Assembly: GCA_965648905.1 (NCBI GenBank)
Contig: CBFGIT010000012.1
Span: 1-64,000, forward strand
Reading direction: 5' to 3'
DNA: 64,000 nucleotides
Source of the DNA: a candidate division WOR-3 bacterium
GTDB taxonomy: Bacteria; Hydrothermota; Tepidihabitantia; Tepidihabitantales; Tepidihabitantaceae
Shown here: in pieces, positions 29,150 to 38,074 of the stretch
How the letters are laid out: every line of letters begins with the position of its first letter
Position numbering within the stretch: the stretch's first letter is position 1
Program-made: the position numbers and the translations under genes
The notes under the pieces: generated by a model
What the model saw: only the letters and a program-made list of their open reading frames with translations
The model's database searches: none
Told to the model about the DNA's origin: nothing

Positions 29150-30535
29150 CTAGCCTTTCACTTCTTCAGGGTTCTCGAGGATGCCGCAGGTTACGTGCGA
29201 GCCGACCCCGGCATGGGAAATCCAGAGGGCCCGGCGCCGGCGTTTGATTTGCAGTGATTTCCAGTCTGAGGGTCGGTTCTTGCCGTACCGTTTCCACATC
29301 TTCTCTTCGCCGTGGAACTTGTCGTACTTGCCCTGGAGCTGCCACAGGCATTCCGCGCCCTGGAAGATGCCGGTCGCGCCGACCGCATGCATGGTTCCCA
29401 GGAGTCCGCCCGACAGGTTTGAGGGACAGCGGCCGCCGTAGTAGGCGTCGCCTGAGGTGATGTACTCTTCTTCTTTGCCGTAGGGCCGGAGACCGATGTC
29501 GCCGTAGGTCTGCAGGTCGGAGATGGTGAAGGCGTCGTGCAGCTCGACGAGGTCGAGTTCGTCGCACGGGTCGCCCGTGATTCCGGCCATCCGGTAGGCC
29601 ATGTACGCAGCGAAGCGCGAGGCAAGAAAGCTCTGGAATCCGGGATAGGGTTCCTGGTACTCTTTCTCCATCCAGTCGTACATGCCCGGAGTCTCGTTGG
29701 GCAGAAGCGGGACTTCCATGTTGCGCCGGTCGGCCACACGCAGGGTGTGCGTGCCACCGCAAATGTGCAGCCGCATCGGATGGTCGCTGAGTTTGTATGC
29801 GGTTTCTTCGTCACAGAGTAGGAGTGCGGCTGAGCCGACGCTCATCACGCAGCACTCGAGCATTCGCAGCGGGTCGCAAACGATCCTGCCGTTGAGCACC
29901 TCCTCGACGGTGTGCCGGCCTGGGTTCTGAGCGAACGGGGACGAGCAGGCGTAGAGGCGGTTTTTTACCGCGATGCGGGCGCGGATTTCTTCTCTTACGT
30001 TGAAGACGTGGGCGAAGCGGCGGGCCATCGGCGCGTAGTAGGCCGCGTACATCCGGGCCAGCCGGGTCTCGAAGTCCTTGCAGGCCGCGGTGGAGATGTA
30101 GAAGTTGCCGGTGCGGGTGTCGACTTCGTCCATTCGCTCCCAGCCGAGCACCAGGGTGCAGTTGGAGTAGCCGGAAGCGACGGTATTGGCACCAATCAGC
30201 ATGGCATAGCCGCCGGTAGCGCCGCCGGTCTTGATGCCGACGTTCGGCAGCGGGTCCAGGCCCAGGTAGTCGTGGACCTTGGCCTCGCACAAGAGCTGGT
30301 CCTGGAAGTGGTCGGCGAACTCGCCGTAACAGGCCATGTTTATCAGGCCTTTCACTTCCAGGGGAGAGAGCTTCAAGTCGTTCTCTTCCAGGAGCATCTT
30401 GAAGGCCATCATTGTCAGTTCTTCCAGCTTGTATTCCGGGTAATGCTTGCGGTAGTCGGTGGTTCCGGCGGCTACCACGTAGACCGGGCGCTGGAACTTG
30501 GGAACCCTGAGGTTCCCGGGTTTGAACTTTATCAT
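29150..30535 (-). CDS. SCP2/archaeal-type thiolase-fold protein lacking the N-terminal catalytic Cys
   Basis: ELHDAF, NLSGGL, HAVGATG; the CxS motif position reads KTGGATGG. Confidence 0.88.
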   Translation of the reverse strand: MIKFKPGNLRVPKFQRPVYVVAAGTTDYRKHYPEYKLEELTMMAFKMLLEENDLKLSPLEVKGLINMACYGEFADHFQDQLLCEAKVHDYLGLDPLPNVGIKTGGATGGYAMLIGANTVASGYSNCTLVLGWERMDEVDTRTGNFYISTAACKDFETRLARMYAAYYAPMARRFAHVFNVREEIRARIAVKNRLYACSSPFAQNPGRHTVEEVLNGRIVCDPLRMLECCVMSVGSAALLLCDEETAYKLSDHPMRLHICGGTHTLRVADRRNMEVPLLPNETPGMYDWMEKEYQEPYPGFQSFLASRFAAYMAYRMAGITGDPCDELDLVELHDAFTISDLQTYGDIGLRPYGKEEEYITSGDAYYGGRCPSNLSGGLLGTMHAVGATGIFQGAECLWQLQGKYDKFHGEEKMWKRYGKNRPSDWKSLQIKRRRRALWISHAGVGSHVTCGILENPEEVKG

Positions 30536-30669
30536 TCAGTTCCTCCTGCCTGCCGAGACCGCGGCAAACGGACGGCAGGCGAATTTCTTGTCTGTAGATT
30601 CGGTGGGAGCAGGCTGAGCCTGCTCTATTGCATATTAGGTGAAAAGCCGCCGGAGTCAAGCGGACGGCG

Positions 30670-30698
30670 TTGACTTGGCCCGGGGTGTGACCTAGAAT
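30670..30698 (+). promoter_or_regulatory. sigma70 promoter of the carboxypeptidase, back-to-back with the thiolase promoter
   Basis: TTGACT-N17-TAGAAT; the opposite strand has TTGACT-N16-TAATAT at about 30632-30659. Confidence 0.6.
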
Positions 30699-30810
30699 TA
30701 GATGTGGCTCGGGGCGTCGGGAGCGGTTCGAGGTGCTACGCAACTCCGTCCGGACCCGCCTGTGACAGTCCTACAGTTGATTCTACAAACTCATGACCCG
30801 AGGAGGTCTA

Positions 30811-33063
30811 GTGTCTCGTCAGTCCGACAGAAGAGCATGGGCTCTTGCTTTCGTCATTCTCTGGGCCGGGCTTGCTTCGGCGGACCCGATGCTCGTTCGC
30901 GTGGGTGCGCGCAGCTATGATGAGCTCGCCCGCGCCATCCAGTTCAAGGGCAGTTCCATCGAAATCGCGGGCAAGGTCGCGGGCGAGTCCTACGACCTGC
31001 TGCTCGACCGGGCCGACCTAGGCGTGGTCCAGGCCTCGGGGCTCGGTTACGAGGTCGTGTTCGACGACTGGGATACCTACAAACTGGCACACCAGCTTGA
31101 CGCGTTCTACTGCTCATACGACTCGCTCAAGAACATCATGCGAAGCTGGGCGGCAACCTACCCGTCGCTCTGCAAGCTCGATTCCATCGGCCCGACCTAT
31201 GAGGGCCGGATGCTGTACATGGTGAAAATATCGGATAACGTCGAGGTGGACGAGGACGAGCCTGAAGTACTGCTCGATGCTCTGCATCACTCCCGCGAGT
31301 GGGTTGCACCCCAGGCGGCCCGGCACTTCTGCGATACGCTGCTTTCCAACTACGCAAGCGACCCGACGTTCCGGAACTTTGTTGACAACACCGAAATCTG
31401 GGTCATCCCGGTTGTCAACCCTGACGGCTATGCCTACGACTACCCGGGCCAGCGCTCATGGCGGCTCAATCGCCAGCCGTTCAGCACTTCCATCGGGTGC
31501 GACGTGAATCGTGATTACAACGGCTACTGCGCCGGTACTCCGGGCAGCGGCTGGGGCTCACTCTCGTCCGGCTCGCGGTCGACCCATCGGCCTGGAGACG
31601 AGACGTTCATGGGCGGACGAGGGGAATGGGCCTACGAGATCGACGCGATGGCCAGGTTCTTCAGAACCCGCAACTTCGTGGCTGACATCAGCCTGCATTC
31701 CTACTCGGAGCTGGTGCTCTGGCCGATGGGTGACGGCACCCTGGCTCCGGACAACACGACGTTCATCTCACTCGGCCAGCGCACCGCGGCCCAGATGTCC
31801 AGGCTTTCAGGCGGCACCTACACGCCGGAGCAGACCACGGGTCTTTACCCGGTGGCAGGCGGTTCGATTGACTGGATGTACGGCTGGGCGCACTGGGTCG
31901 GCGGATTCCCGTGCCTGAGTTACGTGTTCGAGCTTGGTACCAGCTTCTATCAGAACCTCTCGCAGGTCGACGCCATCGAGCGCGAGTGTTTTGACGGCGC
32001 GTTCTATCTGTTCAGCCGCGCCGAGTCGATTCGCACGACGCTCAAGGGCGAGGTGCCGCCGCCGGTGCTTGCCCCGATGGACTCATCGCCGACCGGTGAT
32101 TACACCGTGCGCTGGACTCCGGTACGGCCAAGCTACAATCAACCCGACCGCTGGGAACTCGAAGAGCTGACCGGGCTTTCGGTCGTTGAGGATGGGATTG
32201 AGTCGGGCACGGCGCGCTGGGTTCTGACCGGCGCGAGTCAGTCCACGACCCAGAAGCACGACGGGAACTACTCGATGTATCTCGGGACCGGCAACAATGC
32301 CTCAAACTCGATGACCACGGCCGACCCCTATCCGGTGCAGCCGGGCGATTCGCTGCGCTACTGGATATGGTACAACATCGAGAACAACTACGACGTGACC
32401 GTGGCCGAGGTGTCAACCAATGGTCTGGAATGGACCCAGCTCCACGACCGATTGACCGGCAATTCGTCCGGCTGGGTGCGCAAGGCGTTCTCTCTGGAGC
32501 GATGGGTCGGGACATCGGTCTTCATCCGGTTCCGGTACCTGACCGACGACGGCACACTCGGCTCGGGCGTGTACGTCGACGACGTCTGGCCCGTGCCTTC
32601 GTTCGCCAACCGCACTGTCATTTCCAGCAACATTACTGATACGCTCTGCAGCTTCACGGGCAAAGCGCCGGACCGGTACTGGTACCGTGTGCGCGGCCAC
32701 AATGCCACGTGGGACTGGAACGCCCAGGGGCCGCTCGAGGACGTCGTGGTCGGCTCAACCGCGGTGGCCGGGCCGCCCGCCGAGGTATTTCACACCGGGC
32801 TTGCCGCGGTCAGCCCCAATCCGGCGCGCACGAGTGCGGCGGTACGCTACACACTCGGTCGAGCCGGACCGGTCCGAGTCGCGGTATTCGACGCGGCCGG
32901 CCGCGAAGTGCGCTGTCTGGTGTCGGGCTCGATGCCGGCAGGACGGTACTCAGTGAGCTGGGACGGCGAGGACAATTCCGGACGGTCGGTCTCGGCCGGA
33001 GTGTACTACCTGCGTCTGGTTGCCGACCAGAACCTGACCACGCGGTTCGCAGTCCTGCGTTAG
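30811..33063 (+). CDS. secreted M14 zinc carboxypeptidase with jelly-roll/FN3 and FlgD-Ig C-terminal domains
   Basis: GAGGAGG SD + GTG; HHSREW (HxxE), NPDG, DVNRDY, SLHSYSEL, FELG; SPNP...WDGED.SG..VSAGVYY. Confidence 0.92.
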   Translation: MSRQSDRRAWALAFVILWAGLASADPMLVRVGARSYDELARAIQFKGSSIEIAGKVAGESYDLLLDRADLGVVQASGLGYEVVFDDWDTYKLAHQLDAFYCSYDSLKNIMRSWAATYPSLCKLDSIGPTYEGRMLYMVKISDNVEVDEDEPEVLLDALHHSREWVAPQAARHFCDTLLSNYASDPTFRNFVDNTEIWVIPVVNPDGYAYDYPGQRSWRLNRQPFSTSIGCDVNRDYNGYCAGTPGSGWGSLSSGSRSTHRPGDETFMGGRGEWAYEIDAMARFFRTRNFVADISLHSYSELVLWPMGDGTLAPDNTTFISLGQRTAAQMSRLSGGTYTPEQTTGLYPVAGGSIDWMYGWAHWVGGFPCLSYVFELGTSFYQNLSQVDAIERECFDGAFYLFSRAESIRTTLKGEVPPPVLAPMDSSPTGDYTVRWTPVRPSYNQPDRWELEELTGLSVVEDGIESGTARWVLTGASQSTTQKHDGNYSMYLGTGNNASNSMTTADPYPVQPGDSLRYWIWYNIENNYDVTVAEVSTNGLEWTQLHDRLTGNSSGWVRKAFSLERWVGTSVFIRFRYLTDDGTLGSGVYVDDVWPVPSFANRTVISSNITDTLCSFTGKAPDRYWYRVRGHNATWDWNAQGPLEDVVVGSTAVAGPPAEVFHTGLAAVSPNPARTSAAVRYTLGRAGPVRVAVFDAAGREVRCLVSGSMPAGRYSVSWDGEDNSGRSVSAGVYYLRLVADQNLTTRFAVLR

Positions 33064-33081
33064 CCGACAGCAGGCAACTTT

Positions 33082-33112
33082 GCACAGGGCGCGGTTCTTC
33101 CGCGCCCTGTGC
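33082..33112. terminator. hairpin between convergent genes
   Basis: GCACAGGGCGCGG-TTCTT-CCGCGCCCTGTGC. Confidence 0.65.
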
Positions 33113-33138
33113 TTTGCCGCCCCAGGAAAAGAAGGGCG

Positions 33139-35976
33139 CTAGGATAGCTGGCGCAGCAGTTGGGCTGAGGTCGAGTCCTGGGGCGCGCGCTCCAGCCATT
33201 GCTTGAGCAGACTGCGGGCCCGAACCGTGTCGTGGAGTTTGTCCAGATAGATGCGGGTCAGCGCCTGGACCGGGACTGGTCGCTGCGAGCCGGCAGCCAG
33301 AGCCGCAAGATAGGCCTGCTCGGCCTTCTGCCAGTCGCCCTTGGCTTCGAAGATGGCGCCGCGCTGGATATCAAACTCGGGGTTAGTCAGGCCGAGGAGC
33401 TTGACCGTGTCAAGCGCAGCGAGCGCCCGATCCAGGTTGCCGTTTTCGAGTGCAAACACGGAAAGGTGGTAGAAGAGCGTCGCCCGCTTGTCCGGGTCGA
33501 GGTCGAAGCGGGTGGCGCGCCAGGTGACTTCCTCAGCGTCTTTCGAGCGGCCGACCCGCCGCAGCTCGGTCGCCAGTCCGAGATAGCTGGCCGCGTAGGT
33601 GATAAACAGCCCGCGCGTGTTGTCATCCTTGGATACTCTGGGGTCAAGCATCGAGCTCATCTGGTACTGGTTCATCAGCAGGTCGTAGCTGCGTTCGATG
33701 TCGACCTGGTTGTCAGCCGGCTCAGGCACGACCCGGTAGACCAGACCCTCGAGTCGAACATAGGGCTGGACGTCGGCCAGTTTCTCACGGGCGACCGTGG
33801 TGGCGAAGTAGACCGGAGTCCTGGGGTGGTAACCTGAGCCGAACACCTTGGCCTTGAATTCCTCGGATGTCGAGCCGTAGTCGTCAGGCCACTTCAGTTT
33901 GATGCCGGCGCTGGTGGCGACCATGTCCCGAATCATCACGTCCTCGAGCAGGAAGGTCCGGCCGTTTTTGCCGGCAAAGGCCCGGGGCAGCCGGTCGATC
34001 TCGGATTCGGAGAATGAGATGGGTGCGCCCCAGCGCTTGAGCTGCTTGCAGTACCACGAGGTATTGAGCAGGGAGAGAATCCCGACCGCCACGTTCTTCC
34101 CGAACATGGTGTCGTAGCCGGCAACCCGCGACGGCACGGTCTGCATGAACCAGAGCGGGAAAGTGTCGTTGTCGCCATTGGTGAAGACGACCGCTTTGTC
34201 ACCGGGACAGGAGACGAGCATGTTGTAGCCGTACTCGGCCGGTATCCAGTTGTAGCGCCGGGTGACGGTGGCGTAGTTCAGGAGCATCGGCACGAATGAG
34301 AAGAGCGCCAGCACGGTCCCGGCCGCATGGACAACCAGTCGGCGCGAACGGAACGATTCGGCCACGAGGCGCAGGAACGCGTGGGCTCCGATGCCGACGA
34401 AGACCGTGAAGAAGACGAACGAGAAGGCATAGAAGTAGTCACGTTCGCGTACCTCCAGATAGCCGAGTCCTCCCCGGGCCGGGTCGCCGCGCCGCGGGTC
34501 CGACGGCGAGTATTTCAGGTTCAGGTACGTGACGAGCCCGAGCGAAGCCACGAGGAAGGCGATGAAGATGAGCACGAAAGAGCGCTTGTCGTTCTTGAAC
34601 TGGTGCCAGATGCCCCAGAGTCCGAGCAGGGGTGGAACCAGGCCAAGGAGTGCCTGCCATTTGATACCGAGGAAGATGTCGAAGAACCGCTCGTTGCCCC
34701 ACTGCCAGAAGAAGTAGCGGAGATAGAACTTGATCTGTTCGAAGTACGCTACGAGAACGCTGAAACGCGGGTTCTGGTTCATCCGCCAGTCTTCTTCGGT
34801 CAGGAACTGGGTCTTGCGCGGCAGCAGCCGCATCGGGTCATACTGCTCGCGTCGGAGCACCGACACGAAGTCGCGCCAGTTCGACGGGTTGACCTCGTTG
34901 ATGCTCGGCTGCATCCGGGCCCGGATGAGCATGAAGAACTGGACCGTGCCGGCGAGGAAGACGAGGCCGAGCATCAGCCCGACGTAGGTGAGGCTGAGCC
35001 GGCCCTGACGCCGCAGCCAGTAGAGGTACGCACCGAAGCCGAGGAGAAAGAGCACCACGAGTAGCCGGCTCTGCACCCACATTTCGATCAGTGCCACGGT
35101 CGGCGAGGCAAGGAAGAGCACGCTGTTGTCCATGATGCGGCCGGATGAGGCGACGTAGCCGATCAGGTACATGAGCACCAGCAGGCCGAGCCCCCAGAGT
35201 ACCGAGGTGGTCCGTTCGGACTTCTCCATTACCCTGACCGCAAGCCAGGTCGTGGCCAGCATCAGGGCCGCAGCAAGGACCTTCATTACCGGACCGGGCA
35301 CGTCAGTCACGGTCAACACAACAAGATAGCCGGTCAGGAACTCAAACAGCCTCAATTGCAGGATGGTCTGACGGTCGACAACGAGCACGTAGATGAGTAC
35401 GGCGAAGACAACCATCATCGGGGTGAAGTGGATACCGGTTGAGAGAAAGAGCAGAAACACGGCCAGCAGCACCAGGCGGTTGTCGCTGCCGGACCGGACC
35501 CGGTCACGCCAGACCAGCGCCATGTAGAGCACCGACAGCGCGACCACGACGCAGGGGCCGTAGACTTCGGCTTCGACGCAGTTGTCCCAGTAGGAGTAGG
35601 CGAAGGCGCACATCAGTCCGGCGAAGACTCCGGCCAGGTGCGGCATCCAGCGGAACCGCGAGTCGGACGAATACTGCGATATCAGCTTGACGACAAGCAG
35701 GTAGATCAGACCGCACGAGAGCGAGCCGAATAGAACCGGAATCAGCGTGATGCGGAAGGCGATTTCCGGGTTGACCGGCAGCAGGGAGAAGAGCCGGCCG
35801 AGCATGACGAAGAGCGGCGTACCGGGGGGGTGGGGGATGCCGGCAATGTACGACGCGGCAATCAGTTCGGCGCAGTCCCAGAACGCCGCAGTCGGCGCCA
35901 TTGAGTAGCGGTACACAGCGAACACGATTGCGACGACGATGCCGAAGCCGATGAAACGCAGGTTTCGTTCGCTCAC
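33139..35976 (-). CDS. DUF2723 (TMEM260-like, GT-C) membrane glycosyltransferase with C-terminal TPRs
   Basis: FWDCAEL...HPPGTPLF, EAEVY, RERDYFY, FTNGDNDTFPLW; many TM helices. Confidence 0.9.
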   Translation of the reverse strand: MSERNLRFIGFGIVVAIVFAVYRYSMAPTAAFWDCAELIAASYIAGIPHPPGTPLFVMLGRLFSLLPVNPEIAFRITLIPVLFGSLSCGLIYLLVVKLISQYSSDSRFRWMPHLAGVFAGLMCAFAYSYWDNCVEAEVYGPCVVVALSVLYMALVWRDRVRSGSDNRLVLLAVFLLFLSTGIHFTPMMVVFAVLIYVLVVDRQTILQLRLFEFLTGYLVVLTVTDVPGPVMKVLAAALMLATTWLAVRVMEKSERTTSVLWGLGLLVLMYLIGYVASSGRIMDNSVLFLASPTVALIEMWVQSRLLVVLFLLGFGAYLYWLRRQGRLSLTYVGLMLGLVFLAGTVQFFMLIRARMQPSINEVNPSNWRDFVSVLRREQYDPMRLLPRKTQFLTEEDWRMNQNPRFSVLVAYFEQIKFYLRYFFWQWGNERFFDIFLGIKWQALLGLVPPLLGLWGIWHQFKNDKRSFVLIFIAFLVASLGLVTYLNLKYSPSDPRRGDPARGGLGYLEVRERDYFYAFSFVFFTVFVGIGAHAFLRLVAESFRSRRLVVHAAGTVLALFSFVPMLLNYATVTRRYNWIPAEYGYNMLVSCPGDKAVVFTNGDNDTFPLWFMQTVPSRVAGYDTMFGKNVAVGILSLLNTSWYCKQLKRWGAPISFSESEIDRLPRAFAGKNGRTFLLEDVMIRDMVATSAGIKLKWPDDYGSTSEEFKAKVFGSGYHPRTPVYFATTVAREKLADVQPYVRLEGLVYRVVPEPADNQVDIERSYDLLMNQYQMSSMLDPRVSKDDNTRGLFITYAASYLGLATELRRVGRSKDAEEVTWRATRFDLDPDKRATLFYHLSVFALENGNLDRALAALDTVKLLGLTNPEFDIQRGAIFEAKGDWQKAEQAYLAALAAGSQRPVPVQALTRIYLDKLHDTVRARSLLKQWLERAPQDSTSAQLLRQLS

Positions 35977-35979
35977 AGG

Positions 35980-36738
35980 CTAGACCTCCTTTTGCAGGGC
36001 TTGCTGAATGTTGTACTTGAGCTGGGACGGGGTCAAATTGAGCAGCAGTCGGCCCCGGCAGGCGAAGCTGATTCGGCCCGAAGTCTCGGAGACGATTACC
36101 ACGAGCGCATCGGTCACCGAGGAAAGTCCCAGGCCGGCCCGGTGCCTCATGCCGAGCGGGCCATCGAGGAATTTGACGTCGCTCAGCGGCAGAGTGCAGC
36201 CGGCCGCCGCGAGCTGGCCGGCGGAGATGATAACCGCACCATCATGGAGCGGCGAAGGCGGGGTGAAAATCGAGACCAGCAGTTCGGCAGTCACCCGCGC
36301 TTCGACCCGTGAGCCGGTCTCGGTGTACTCGCGCAGACCGATGTCGCGCTCGATGGCGATGAGCGCACCCTGACTTCGTTCTCTGAGCTGGGCCGCGGCA
36401 TCGACGATTTCGTCGATTACCGCGGCGTCGGCCGCGCTCTTCAGCAGGAACCGCAGCGGTCGGTAGCGCCCGAAGCGGGACAGGATATTCCGAATTTCGG
36501 GCTGGAAGATGATGACGAAGGCGACGATCCAGACGGTGGTCAGCGAGCTGACAATCAGGCCCAGAGCCTTAAAGTCGAGCCAGCGGGCGATCAGTGATAC
36601 CAGACCCAGGAACGCAAGGGCGTAGAGCATCCGGATGGCGCGAGTGCCGCGCAGGAACCGGAGGAAGTAGTACGCCAGCAGAGCAACAACCAGAATGTCG
36701 ATTGCATCGAGCACCCGGAAGCGGATGAAGGACAGCAT
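35980..36738 (-). CDS. cdaA: diadenylate cyclase CdaA/DacA
   Basis: 3 N-terminal TMs, FQPEIR, PLHDGAV, GMRHRAG, VSETSG. Confidence 0.95.
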   Translation of the reverse strand: MLSFIRFRVLDAIDILVVALLAYYFLRFLRGTRAIRMLYALAFLGLVSLIARWLDFKALGLIVSSLTTVWIVAFVIIFQPEIRNILSRFGRYRPLRFLLKSAADAAVIDEIVDAAAQLRERSQGALIAIERDIGLREYTETGSRVEARVTAELLVSIFTPPSPLHDGAVIISAGQLAAAGCTLPLSDVKFLDGPLGMRHRAGLGLSSVTDALVVIVSETSGRISFACRGRLLLNLTPSQLKYNIQQALQKEV

Positions 36739-37932
36739 CTAGACCCTGCCCTCGACGGCGTCGGTCAACCGCACCGCTCTTGTTGCAGCCTTGACGTCGT
36801 GAACCCGGATGATGTTTGCCCCGGCGCGAACCGCCAGGACGCAGGCGGCGAGCGTTCCCTCAAGCCGCTCGGTCACACCCAGTTCCAGCGTCTCGCCAAT
36901 GAACCGCTTGCGCGACGGCCCGCAGAGCACCGCGGTGCCGATGGACCGAAGTTCGCTCAGACGGCGCAGGACCTCGAGGTTGTGTTCCGTGGTCTTGCCG
37001 AATCCGAGTCCGGGGTCGACAATCACCTGCGAGCGGCTGACACCGGATTTTTCAGCGCGGGCCACGGCATCGACCAGAAACTGGACGATTTCAGCCATCA
37101 GGTCCCGGTAGCGCGGGTTGCGCTGCATCGTCTTGGGTCGGCCCTGCATGTGCATCAGCACGCACGGCACGCCGCGTCGCGCCACCAGCCGCGCCATCTT
37201 CGGGTCGAACCGGAGTGCCGAAACATCGTTGACCATGTCGGCGCCTGAATCGAGCGCCGCCTCGGCGACACGTGCGCTCATGGTGTCGACCGACACCGGC
37301 ACCTTTGAGCGCTGGCGCAGTTGTCTGAGCACCGGCAGGATGCGCTCAAGCTGTTCACGGGCCGGAACCGGCTCGGAGCCGGGGCGGGTTGACTCGGCAC
37401 CGATGTCAATGAAGTCGGCTCCTTCCGACTCCATCCTGAGGGCGTGCTCGACTGCCGCCGTTGGTGCCAGATACCGCCCGCCGTCCGAGAACGAATCCGG
37501 AGTCACGTTCAGAATGCCCATGACGCGGGTTCGCCGGGCCAGGTCAAGCGTGCGTCGGCCGAGCTTCAGGACGAGCTGCGGAGCGCTGAGCCTGGCGATG
37601 GTCTGTTCAATCTCCGGTGCGAGTCGTGACGCGCATGGCGGCTGAGTCCGGAGACGGCAGGCAATGGCTTCAAGCTGCCGTGGCGTGCCGAAGAGCAGTG
37701 CGTTTGACCGTCGAACCCGGCCTGAGGCCACGCTTCGATGGACCGCGCAGTCGCCGCCGGCGGCCAGGGCAACCTGTTTCAGGATGTTGGCTCCAGCCGT
37801 TGAGATGTCGTCGGCCTTGAGAACCAGCAGTCGAACCTTGGCCGCGAAGATGGGCCAGCTTGCCGGGTCGGTGCCGACCCGGGCCAGCTCCTGCCAGAGG
37901 TCGGACGGATGAAAAACTGCCAGCGCGCGCAC
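36739..37932 (-). CDS. folP: dihydropteroate synthase with ~130-aa N-terminal extension
   Basis: MGILNVTPDSFSDGG, ESTRPG, DPGLGFGK, SRKRF, RVHDV. Confidence 0.95.
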   Translation of the reverse strand: MRALAVFHPSDLWQELARVGTDPASWPIFAAKVRLLVLKADDISTAGANILKQVALAAGGDCAVHRSVASGRVRRSNALLFGTPRQLEAIACRLRTQPPCASRLAPEIEQTIARLSAPQLVLKLGRRTLDLARRTRVMGILNVTPDSFSDGGRYLAPTAAVEHALRMESEGADFIDIGAESTRPGSEPVPAREQLERILPVLRQLRQRSKVPVSVDTMSARVAEAALDSGADMVNDVSALRFDPKMARLVARRGVPCVLMHMQGRPKTMQRNPRYRDLMAEIVQFLVDAVARAEKSGVSRSQVIVDPGLGFGKTTEHNLEVLRRLSELRSIGTAVLCGPSRKRFIGETLELGVTERLEGTLAACVLAVRAGANIIRVHDVKAATRAVRLTDAVEGRV

Positions 37933-38074
37933 GCTCAGTTATACCTTCTCGCGGCCCAAAGTCAAGGCAGACTGACCCCGGCCGGCGCAGCACCGTCGAG
38001 CGCCGTCTGCTTGACTTGGGCCGGCGTTCGACTATCATTGCCGCGACAAACCAATCAATTCCCCGGAGGAATCT

